This document shows, one piece after another, positions 20,181 through 29,024 of a stretch of DNA of 64,000 nucleotides. The stretch is from Bacteroidales bacterium (GTDB taxonomy: Bacteria; Bacteroidota; Bacteroidia; Bacteroidales; Cfx3-03). A model generated the notes under the pieces. It had not been told where the DNA came from. It saw nothing but the letters and a program-made list of their open reading frames with translations, and searched no databases. The translations under genes were made by a program, and so were the position numbers. Numbering within the stretch: the stretch's first letter is position 1; each line of letters opens with the position of its first letter. Location: NCBI GenBank assembly GCA_963663125.2, contig CAXXNW010000001.1, positions 253,497 through 317,496 of the forward strand, given 5' to 3'.

Positions 20181-21179
20181 GTTAGAAACTATTTAATTAC
20201 AATTTATTCTCAATGTGATAATTTTATACCTTTATCTTTCACATAGCATATAAATGCCAACCGTTTAGTAGTAATATTGAAAAAGTCAATTCAGAATTAA
20301 ATAACCATGAAAAAACTATTTTTTATCATCTCTTCTTTACTATTTTACTATTGTAGCTTTTCACAAGAAACAATCATTCAGGGAAAAGTGATGGATTCAG
20401 TGACGAATACAGGTTTAAGTTACGTAAATATCGGTATCGCAAAAAAAGGTGTGGGTACTGTATCTGATAAAGATGGCATATTTAAGTTGAAGCTAAACGA
20501 AAAAACGACTTCGAATGATACGATATTATTTTCTTTTATCGGGTATGAAACACAAAGAGTCTTGGTTTCCTCATTGAAAAACAAAAACACTGTTATTTTA
20601 TTGGAACCCAAAACCACTACTTTAAGTGAGGTTATTATAAAGCCAAAAAAAACTAAACTCAAAAAAATAGGAAGAAGTTCCGGAGGGCTTTGTTTAATGA
20701 GTGTAGATTTCTATTCGTATTATGAGAAAGATGTAGATGATAGATTGAGTAAAGAAATGGGGATGAAATTAGAATTGAAAAACGATTGTAGAATCAAAGA
20801 TTTTAACTTTCGTATTAGTCAGAATGATTTTAAAAATATAAAATTCAGAGTTAATTTTTATAAAATAGAAAACGGTTTACCTTCTGATCTAATTGTGAGT
20901 AAAAATATCATATGTGAAATAAAAGATGGTTATATAGGTTGGTTTAAAGTTGATTTGGAACCTTATAACATCTGTTTTGACAAAGAGACGAAGGAAATTG
21001 CGGTTACCCTACAATGGGTTGAAAGCAAAAAGATGAACGAAAAGAGTAAATATTTCTCTATCTCGGCGGCAATAACACCATTCAATACTTTTTACCATAG
21101 AGAAGAAGCGTTTGATAAATGGGCTAAACTCAATCAGAGTATGAGTTTTTATTTAACTGCACTGTGTAATTAAAAAAAT
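20181..21179 (+). repeat. segmental duplication copy 2
   Basis: See 17787..18789. Confidence 0.85.
20307..21173 (+). CDS. secreted CarboxypepD_reg-like domain protein, paralog 2
   Basis: 288 aa. The N-terminal ~114 aa are nearly identical to paralog 1. Confidence 0.7.
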   Translation: MKKLFFIISSLLFYYCSFSQETIIQGKVMDSVTNTGLSYVNIGIAKKGVGTVSDKDGIFKLKLNEKTTSNDTILFSFIGYETQRVLVSSLKNKNTVILLEPKTTTLSEVIIKPKKTKLKKIGRSSGGLCLMSVDFYSYYEKDVDDRLSKEMGMKLELKNDCRIKDFNFRISQNDFKNIKFRVNFYKIENGLPSDLIVSKNIICEIKDGYIGWFKVDLEPYNICFDKETKEIAVTLQWVESKKMNEKSKYFSISAAITPFNTFYHREEAFDKWAKLNQSMSFYLTALCN

Positions 21180-21397
21180 TATTCACAGGTTCCAGGCTTA
21201 CAGGCTCCTCTTTGACCTAATTTCATGTTTAATGTATAGCTTCCCAACTTTGTCAAACCGTTTAATTTGTTTTTAATATAATTTTTCAATTCATATTGAT
21301 CTTCAGCAATTTACATTGACATTTCTTTTGCTTTATTTATTACTCTTAGAGATAAATTTATAAAAATATACTTGTAATTGTTTATTGAGGCGAGTAT

Positions 21398-21826
21398 CTA
21401 ACTAACTTTTAGTGAAGTTAGCTCCGTTAAAAGCTTTTCAAAACGTATATTTCTTGGTTTCAAATTTTTAATTTCACATTGCCAAATTACTATAACATTC
21501 CACCCCATTTCTTTCAACTTTGTAATATTATTATTATCTCGTTCAACATTACTGCCTATTTTTCTCATCCAAAATTCGATATTTGTATCAGGCATTTTAC
21601 CTGCTTTACAAGAATGTCCATGCCAAAAACAACCATTTATAAAAATCACCGTTTTATATTTGAAAAGAACAACATCCGGTTTTCCTGGAAGCCCTTTTAC
21701 ATTTTTCCTATACCTAAAGCCTTTTAAGAACAAATATTTTCGTACTAAAACCTCAGGTTTTGTTTCCTTTCCTGAGATTTTAGACATAATATTACTACGC
21801 TTATCTTTAGTATAAATATCACTCAT
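21398..21826 (-). CDS. vsr: very short patch repair endonuclease
   Basis: 142 aa with 'TKPEVLVRKYL', 'GKPDVVL' and 'FINGCFWHGH'. Its ATG overlaps the upstream stop (ATGA). Confidence 0.9.
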   Translation of the reverse strand: MSDIYTKDKRSNIMSKISGKETKPEVLVRKYLFLKGFRYRKNVKGLPGKPDVVLFKYKTVIFINGCFWHGHSCKAGKMPDTNIEFWMRKIGSNVERDNNNITKLKEMGWNVIVIWQCEIKNLKPRNIRFEKLLTELTSLKVS

Positions 21827-23373
21827 TTTTTTTCTGCTGATCGCCTAAGCCATTCGGAATGATTTGTCCCCACTCGTGATAAAGTAGCCGCAAAATCATT
21901 AGAAATACTTTGAGCAAAATCATTTTTCAATTCACCAATCCAATTAAATACAGCACCAGAGTTTGACTTAAAAACAAACTTTTCATTAACTTTTTCAGAT
22001 CGTATAACCCCTTTTTGTTGAGCCCCGAAAAGAACATATTGACAATTATAGATTTTATAATTAATTTGAAGATAGATATTGCTATCAATAACTATATTAA
22101 ATCTGTCAGAGGAAGATGTTGCTTTTAAGTTCAGAAAAAGGAACTCCCTTTGGTCTTGTATTCGAGTACTATCACATTTTGGTTGAATACAAAGTAAATA
22201 TTTATTACTTTGAGATAATAATATAGTTCCTAAAGTTAAGACTGGGGAACTTTCATCGTACCTTAATGTTTTTAATGTTGTAAGTTTTGCGAATCTAATG
22301 TCACTGTTTTTTGCAGAATCTTCATTTAATGTAAAACATGAAGTTAATGTCTTATGAGATTTTCTTATAAGTTTATATTCATCTTTTATTAGATAGTTAT
22401 CAATACCTTTTTTATGCAGATCCTTTAATATTTCTTTGGATAATATTATAACATCATCATTTCCATTTCCATTCGTGATTTTTTGTTTTTTATTACCAGA
22501 AATATAGGAATCAATATAACTATCTATGTAATCATCATCTATAATTTCTTCAATATGTGATGAAATTAATGTCTTTATATCAGATCCAATTATATCAATC
22601 ATCTGTTCATAAGCATCATCTGGAATAGGGAGTAGTATTTTATGTGTAAGAAATGCCGGATCCAGATCGCTTTCAAACCTATGAAGGATATCAAATGTAT
22701 TTTCCCTTATTACAGATAATGACTTAATTGCCATATTACTAACTAATCCACATGTTAAATGTGTGAACTCATTTGATATAAATTCAAAAAGTCGATCATA
22801 TCCGATAATTCTATCGATTATATCATTGCCAAGATATTTTCCTGTTGTTCTTAAGGATTCCTTGCCAACTACTGATATAATATAGTTTTTATTACTAAGC
22901 TTAAAGTTCTCTTTTTTTAATCCAGGAATTTTAGCTACAAGTGCGCCATATAAAGTATCAGTTATTCCACGAAGATCAATTTCACCAGTATAGATAATAA
23001 ATAATTTCGGTTTATTTAATTCTCTCGCAATAACGTTCTGAATAATTTTCAATGTAAAAGCGCCTCTTTCATTATCTGTATCTTCCTCTTCAATATATCC
23101 ATCTATAGCTGATGGGAATTCTATCTTCCAATCTAATATAGAAACGTCCGATTTAATAGATAATGATACAACATTGCTCAAATCTTGTTCTTTATCAACT
23201 TTATAAATTGCACAAATTTTACCTTTGGATGCTAGATCACTAGTTATTGATTTAGCATCCAATTTATGTTCCCCTATTTCTCTATTAAAGTTAGCTTCAT
23301 CATCAATGAAGGTAATTGTTTGAATAAATTCATTTACAATTCTTTTTGATAATTCAAAAAAAGAGCTATTCAT
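21823..23373 (-). CDS. receiver (REC)-like domain protein with uncharacterised C-terminal domain
   Basis: The N-terminal ~180 aa show a REC-like pattern: 'TFIDDE' (acidic pair), 'SILDWKI' (candidate phospho-acceptor Asp), 'FIIYTGE' (Thr) and 'SVVGKE' (Lys). I recognise no motif in the remaining ~330 aa. Confidence 0.6.
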   Translation of the reverse strand: MNSSFFELSKRIVNEFIQTITFIDDEANFNREIGEHKLDAKSITSDLASKGKICAIYKVDKEQDLSNVVSLSIKSDVSILDWKIEFPSAIDGYIEEEDTDNERGAFTLKIIQNVIARELNKPKLFIIYTGEIDLRGITDTLYGALVAKIPGLKKENFKLSNKNYIISVVGKESLRTTGKYLGNDIIDRIIGYDRLFEFISNEFTHLTCGLVSNMAIKSLSVIRENTFDILHRFESDLDPAFLTHKILLPIPDDAYEQMIDIIGSDIKTLISSHIEEIIDDDYIDSYIDSYISGNKKQKITNGNGNDDVIILSKEILKDLHKKGIDNYLIKDEYKLIRKSHKTLTSCFTLNEDSAKNSDIRFAKLTTLKTLRYDESSPVLTLGTILLSQSNKYLLCIQPKCDSTRIQDQREFLFLNLKATSSSDRFNIVIDSNIYLQINYKIYNCQYVLFGAQQKGVIRSEKVNEKFVFKSNSGAVFNWIGELKNDFAQSISNDFAATLSRVGTNHSEWLRRSAEKK

Positions 23374-26359
23374 CTTTATAATTTTGAGGTGAAATTTTAA
23401 ATGTTACTGCATAACCTTCTCTAGGAGTATCTAATTCAATTTGATAATTAACACTATTCATTACTTCTCTGGAGATATGTAACCCCAAACCTCTACCATT
23501 TGGTTTTCGAGAAAATCCAAGATCAAAGATTCTTTCAAAATCCTTAATATCTATTGATGGTCCATTATTAGAAATATAAAAGGCTTCTTCATCTGAATGT
23601 AGTATAATAATTTTTTCGCCTTCATCATTTTTCTGATTTACCCAATGAATAGCATTATCAACTATATTAACAAAGACCGGATAGAATGTAGATTTATAGC
23701 CCATAATCTTTCTTTTACTAAAACCTTTTGTATGTTTTAGCTGAATATTATGACGTTCCATTCTTGTTTTAAATAGGTCAGACAAAAAATACTTTATTTC
23801 AATCGCTGAAAACTCTTCTTTTTCCCGATATAATCTTCTATTTAGAGGGGTAAATAAGGTCAAATACCCATCCAGATGTTCAAAATTCGTACGAATATTT
23901 TTATAAACCCCATCCATTTGCTCATTTACATCAGCCCAAACTTTTAATTCTTTTATACTACTTCGAATTGATTTTATTGTACTATTAAACTCATGCTGTA
24001 TTACACCAACGGCCAAGCCAAGTTGGCTCAATTCTACATCAGCATGAAGACGATCCTTCAATTCATATACTTCTTCCTCTAATGAGCGATAAATTTCCTC
24101 ATTAGTAATGATATTTCCTTCCTGATTTCGTTCCCAATATATGCCTTCAAGTTGTTTTATAATGCTTTCAAGAATTTGAGTACTCTTACTCTTTTCTATA
24201 TCTATTTCATTTTCCATACGCTTCCGTTCAGATACTAAATCAAAATCAGCTACTTCATCAATCTTTAATGTTTTAAATTGATCTTTAATCTCTCGAATTT
24301 TATCTTCTAATTCAGACATCAATTCATTAGTCAGTTCTTTGACTTTACTAGAAACAATTGAAGCAGCTTCTTTTGCTTCTTTTTCCTTTTTTGAAGTAAC
24401 CTTTTTTGCTTCTTCCGAAATTTGTTCTACGGCCAATTCAAGTCTTTTCCTTTTGCTTATTTCCAAATGTAATCTATTCTTGTAGTCATTTACAAGTTCT
24501 TCTATACGATCGGCAGTCGGAATAAAAACACTTCCATTTAAATTCTCAAATTCGGAGAGATAGGCTTCCCAATCCTGCTTTGTATCTTTAGATAATGCAA
24601 TACCTCTCGGCAAAGTTATATTCAATGACAGTTTCAATCCTTCTAATTTTCTACGTGCTTGAGACTCATATTCAATAAGTTGTTGACCTGACACATCGAC
24701 ATCCTCAATATGTGCTAAAGAGCTAAATTTAGCTTCTGTTTCTTCAAGTAAATTATCAAAAGGGACTTTTATAGTTGTATTTCTTGTACGTTCAAAAAAA
24801 ACATTTAATTCATTAATGAATTTATCTTTTCGTATCTTACTTTGCTGTTCTCTCTTTTCAATTGCCTTATAATATTTTTCACGTTCTTTTCTTTTCCCAA
24901 GCCAAAAATCAGTCTTTGGCCCCCCGCTTGCTTCACGAAAAAAATCTGCAGCCAATTGAACAAAGAAATTCTTTAATATCTCTCTAACTTGCCGATATGC
25001 TTTATTCTCAATAAAACCTTCACGACCTGCTTTTTCTTTAAGTTCAGAATTGGCCTGCTTACTAATATTTATCACACCAAACATTCGTCGGTACGAAAAA
25101 AAATAATAAGAAGCACTTTTAGTCCTATTTTTTTCTATATCAATAAAATCATAATCAGAATTTCCATAAGGCAAAATTCTAATATTATCTTTATAAATAT
25201 ATACACCTCCGTATTTATCACCTTTGGCGCATAATCGAGCATGATCTTCAGCTGTTAAAATTGATTGACGTAATGCACCTTGAATATAAGCAATATTAAT
25301 AGAGAATGGACCACAGTCCGTAAGTTTATAATTATTTCCAGCCCAATTTATTTTATGACTAAAGCTTTTTTCATTATATACTTTTATGGTTCCTGAAAAT
25401 TGGCCAAATTCGTCAAAACGGCCTTGGAAATGATGGTCTGCTATTTCAAAATCCTCTGGAGTGAAAAATTCTTCTTTACCTAATATACTGTAATAACGTT
25501 CATCATTCCCTCTGTAGTCTCTAAAAGCAACTTCTATTTGAGGTTTAGGATGATTGAGAGTCATTGTATTAGTGAAACCTACTAACATTTTTTCAATCTT
25601 CGTAGCATTTTTACTGTCAGGCTCACCATCAATATCAGAATTCAAAGAATCATCAGTTGGTGAAATATAAAAATGTGTTCCATATCCAATTCCATACAAA
25701 GAAATCAACCCTGGTAATTTTCTCTCTATTTCAGCAGGATCAACTATAAAACTACTAATCTCATTTATAATTTGATTGCCACTTTGTTCAGAAATATCAT
25801 CATCTTTAATCAATTTTTTTATAGAATCAATTAATTCTGTTTTCATTTCATTAATAATAATACTATCTGGGAGTTGACCTTGAGCAATAGTTCTTATTGG
25901 TATAATAATATCTTCCAAATTTAAACCAGGTAGTTCAAATATGCTCCAGTTTATAAATGCGATTACTAAATCATGAAGTATATTGCCTCTTTTTGCTTTA
26001 GTTAAAATAAGTGTTTGCTTTCCAATAGATGAAATGGCCAAACGGCCTATACCTTTTTCGCCCATAATTGGTCGCTCAGGTTTATCAGGATCAATGGGTG
26101 GGGCTGATATTTTTTTATTAGCAAATTTACTTTCTGTGCCTAAAGTCAACCAACGAATTTCAAAATCCTCTTTTGTCATTCCTAGACCATTATCTCTAAG
26201 AATGAAAAGTTTATTTTTTCTAAAATAATCAACTTCCACATTATCAGCATAAGCATCATGGGCATTCTTAAAGAGTTCATTTATTGCTGTTGGAATTCCA
26301 GCTATTTGTTGTTTTCCTAATAAATCTAATGCTCTTGCTCTTGCTTTGAAATTAGCCAT
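23366..26359 (-). CDS. cytoplasmic dual-ATPase protein: N-terminal MORC/MutL-type GHKL module, coiled coil, C-terminal histidine-kinase module
   Basis: N-terminus: 'ELFKNAHDAYA', 'DNGLGMT', 'GEKGIGRLA'. The middle ~290 aa are K/E-rich and coiled-coil-like. C-terminus: H-box-like 'GVIQHEFNSTIKSI', N-box 'NIVDNAIHW', 'ISNNGPSI' and 'GRGLGLHISREV'. No TM segments. Confidence 0.7.
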   Translation of the reverse strand: MANFKARARALDLLGKQQIAGIPTAINELFKNAHDAYADNVEVDYFRKNKLFILRDNGLGMTKEDFEIRWLTLGTESKFANKKISAPPIDPDKPERPIMGEKGIGRLAISSIGKQTLILTKAKRGNILHDLVIAFINWSIFELPGLNLEDIIIPIRTIAQGQLPDSIIINEMKTELIDSIKKLIKDDDISEQSGNQIINEISSFIVDPAEIERKLPGLISLYGIGYGTHFYISPTDDSLNSDIDGEPDSKNATKIEKMLVGFTNTMTLNHPKPQIEVAFRDYRGNDERYYSILGKEEFFTPEDFEIADHHFQGRFDEFGQFSGTIKVYNEKSFSHKINWAGNNYKLTDCGPFSINIAYIQGALRQSILTAEDHARLCAKGDKYGGVYIYKDNIRILPYGNSDYDFIDIEKNRTKSASYYFFSYRRMFGVINISKQANSELKEKAGREGFIENKAYRQVREILKNFFVQLAADFFREASGGPKTDFWLGKRKEREKYYKAIEKREQQSKIRKDKFINELNVFFERTRNTTIKVPFDNLLEETEAKFSSLAHIEDVDVSGQQLIEYESQARRKLEGLKLSLNITLPRGIALSKDTKQDWEAYLSEFENLNGSVFIPTADRIEELVNDYKNRLHLEISKRKRLELAVEQISEEAKKVTSKKEKEAKEAASIVSSKVKELTNELMSELEDKIREIKDQFKTLKIDEVADFDLVSERKRMENEIDIEKSKSTQILESIIKQLEGIYWERNQEGNIITNEEIYRSLEEEVYELKDRLHADVELSQLGLAVGVIQHEFNSTIKSIRSSIKELKVWADVNEQMDGVYKNIRTNFEHLDGYLTLFTPLNRRLYREKEEFSAIEIKYFLSDLFKTRMERHNIQLKHTKGFSKRKIMGYKSTFYPVFVNIVDNAIHWVNQKNDEGEKIIILHSDEEAFYISNNGPSIDIKDFERIFDLGFSRKPNGRGLGLHISREVMNSVNYQIELDTPREGYAVTFKISPQNYKDE

Positions 26360-27450
26360 TGTTGATAATAATTTAAAATCGTTTTGCCTATATGTTTAGC
26401 CATTAAAGGAGGAACCGCATTTCCGATCATACGTCCTATTGTCCCTTGCCCCTTTGCATAAAACACATAATTCAATGGAAAAGATTGAAGCGTAGCTCCT
26501 TCCCTTAAAGAAATCGCACGATCTTGTTCTGGATGACCATATCTTCCATTCGAAAGACTACAAAAACGAGTTGTTATAGTCGGAGATGGCTTATCCCAAA
26601 ACATACGTCCATATACATCCCAATGACCTTCATGCTCTAAATAACATTTCAATTGCAACTCAGGGTCATTAGCCCAGGCCTTTCTATCACCTCCATCATG
26701 CTCTACTCGTTGTATCCTTTTGATATTATTTTTTTGCAACTGAGCAGTTGAATTCTGAAGAGGTGTTTTATCTATATATCCAGCCGGAATAGGATGAAAG
26801 ACATTGACATTCCCAATAGCTTCACGCACAGTTACTATTTTCTCTTTATCTCCTTTTGGTAATTTTAAATTTTCACCAAGTCTCGTAGCTATTAGCATAT
26901 ATCTACGCCGATTCTGAGGAACGCCATAATATTTAGTATTTAAAACACTATCATCAAAAGAATATCCTCTCGCTATGAGAAATAATTTAAATTCTCCTAA
27001 TGGGCTTTCTGTTTTTAATTCCAGTCCAGGAACATTTTCAATAAATATAAAACCCGGTCTGAAATAATCAACAAAAGTCTTAAAATCAGCAAGTAACAAC
27101 CTTGATTCTTCCGATTTAGTTTTATCTGTTTTTAAGTTCGTATAATACTGACATGGGCTACATCCTACAAAAATAAGACTATTATCATTCTTTGATATTC
27201 CAAGAATTGACTCTAATTCTGTGGGATTAAATTTTGAAATATCTCGAATAATGAATTGAGAGTCATGATTATTTTTTTCATAAGTATCTTTGCATTGAGA
27301 ATCTATATCAATACCGGCCAGCACATTAATTCCAGCTTGCCTAAAGCCGCAAGTCACACCACCGGCTCCACAAAAGAAATCTACTGCACGAATTATTGGT
27401 AATAATTCAGTATTCTTCTTGATATTTTCTCCATGCATAACAAATCTCAA
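26326..27450 (-). CDS. dcm: DNA (cytosine-5)-methyltransferase
   Basis: Motif I 'DFFCGAGG', IV 'GCSPCQ', VI 'ENVPGL', VIII 'QNRRR' and X 'GNAVPP'. The 3' end overlaps the next gene by 34 nt. Confidence 0.92.
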   Translation of the reverse strand: MRFVMHGENIKKNTELLPIIRAVDFFCGAGGVTCGFRQAGINVLAGIDIDSQCKDTYEKNNHDSQFIIRDISKFNPTELESILGISKNDNSLIFVGCSPCQYYTNLKTDKTKSEESRLLLADFKTFVDYFRPGFIFIENVPGLELKTESPLGEFKLFLIARGYSFDDSVLNTKYYGVPQNRRRYMLIATRLGENLKLPKGDKEKIVTVREAIGNVNVFHPIPAGYIDKTPLQNSTAQLQKNNIKRIQRVEHDGGDRKAWANDPELQLKCYLEHEGHWDVYGRMFWDKPSPTITTRFCSLSNGRYGHPEQDRAISLREGATLQSFPLNYVFYAKGQGTIGRMIGNAVPPLMAKHIGKTILNYYQQWLISKQEQEH

Positions 27451-27904
27451 TTTATAGTAAAAATAAACAATTTTTTCACTTCAGCTTTTAATAAAACGTT
27501 CATATTAATTAACGTTTCTAAAGATGGACATATTTCATTTTTATTAAAAAAATATGATATTATTCATTTTATAATTTATTCATTTACAGTTATTTGCAAT
27601 TTAAATTTCATTTAATAAAAAAGATACTACAAATCCATTTACTTTTTTATTACTAAAAGACATTGACATGTATTGCAAATATATTGATTTCTAATTGTGC
27701 ATTCAACCTTTTATTCTATTTTTTTTATGATAATAGTTTTCATTGCAATCTTATACAAAATATAATGCGTTTGGCAAATAGAATATATTTTGTTTACTGC
27801 AAAAAACATGTTTTCAGTTTCGAAAATCATTAATTTTTCATAACAAGGTCAAGCCCTGAAACAATAATTATTCTGAACTTGCATTTTTCATCATTCATCC
27901 CATT

Positions 27905-28708
27905 TTAAAAGCACCCCACTATTGCCATCGTTCCACAATCTTTCACGATAACGGGTGTGTTGTATTGAAGGGATGAGGCAAGCTCAATACCCATCGCAGC
28001 TATTACAGTGGTTTTCTCCCGGGGCACAAAACCATCGGGGAAATTGGTTATAATCTGGACATCGGCAAGCTCAGTATTTATCGGCATCCATTCGCTGACA
28101 TTTGTAGCATGCATTCTTTTAAAAGAGGGAGTTGTCGTTGTATATTCCTTTTCCGCTTCGTTCCAGACCACATCGGGGATTTCTGCAATAGTCAGATAGA
28201 CTCGATAGTAACCAATCCTTTCGGGCCACGAAAACATTCTATTCGTGATAATATTATTCAATCTCAAGGTTGCCGCACTGCGATCATCCGTAATTGAGAG
28301 GTCGGGGATTCCAAAGAATACTTCCTTGAAGGGATGGGCATTACTCATGCTAAATCCGATCAATGGAAAGTTATATTTCGATGACTCGATACTTCTCTTT
28401 CCGCGAGAGCCCTCTTGGTCCATTAATTGCAGCTGTTTGGCTATCTTCAACAACCGGTAATTATTCCGACCTTGTTTTAAATGGCTCAGGTCGAACGTTC
28501 CGCTTCGTATTAATTTCGACCAGATATTACAACCTTTCCACTCTTCGTTATTTTCACGGGTTCGTGCAAATGCTCTGTTGTTTTTGATTAAGTTTTTATT
28601 GGCGCCACCCTTGGTTGAGCATATCCATTTTTTTAAATCTTTGTCGTAATACGACCTGATGTTTCCCAAGCTTCCGCTGAAGCGAATGGGACCTTCTATT
28701 GTTGCCAT
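27905..28708 (-). CDS. hypothetical protein (267 aa)
   Basis: Long ORF with host-like composition. No recognisable motif. Confidence 0.5.
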   Translation of the reverse strand: MATIEGPIRFSGSLGNIRSYYDKDLKKWICSTKGGANKNLIKNNRAFARTRENNEEWKGCNIWSKLIRSGTFDLSHLKQGRNNYRLLKIAKQLQLMDQEGSRGKRSIESSKYNFPLIGFSMSNAHPFKEVFFGIPDLSITDDRSAATLRLNNIITNRMFSWPERIGYYRVYLTIAEIPDVVWNEAEKEYTTTTPSFKRMHATNVSEWMPINTELADVQIITNFPDGFVPREKTTVIAAMGIELASSLQYNTPVIVKDCGTMAIVGCF

Positions 28709-28850
28709 TTTTAGCTGCTTTTATGATCACTATCGGCTGTTCGTTTTTGGAGTTCAGCTTCCGGCGACCCATTCATAATTTTGTTCATTGATTGGTTAGT
28801 TGATCAACAAAACAAATTTATGAAACAGGCATCCGACTAGTCAAGAATTC

Positions 28851-28893
28851 GATAGGAGACATTGGAGGACAATGGAAGACATTCGCGGACATT
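28851..28893. repeat. four tandem 10-bp units (consensus ATTGGAGGAC)
   Basis: gataggagac | attggaggac | aatggaagac | attcgcggac | att. The GAC-AWT cores start at 28858, 28868, 28878 and 28888. Confidence 0.6.
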
Positions 28894-29024
28894 TTCATAG
28901 TTCTTCCGAAAAAAAAGAAAATATCGGGCAGTGGTAATCATTTTTCAGCATGATTGAAGTAAATTTGTATTGAAAGAAATCGGGTTGTTTTTCAGCAAGA
29001 ATCACTTCCGGATCATGATCAAAA

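Noticed and set aside
21311-21330. A 10-bp identity (ACATTGACAT) shared between the left flank (about 21316-21325) and right flank (about 27663-27672) of the dcm-vsr operon. I considered it as a possible att-like flanking repeat.
   Set aside because: A single 10-mer match between two AT-rich intergenic regions of a few hundred bp is not clearly above chance. No longer flanking repeat or integrase is present.
27433-27615. 60-aa plus-strand ORF and recurring TTGCAA-type words (about 27594, 27672, 27745, 27773) in the 454-bp region upstream of dcm. I considered a controller (C-protein) gene or operators.
   Set aside because: The ORF is low-complexity Ile/Phe/Asn sequence with no HTH. Short TTGCAA words are expected by chance in DNA this AT-rich. 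No small HTH ORF is found on either strand.
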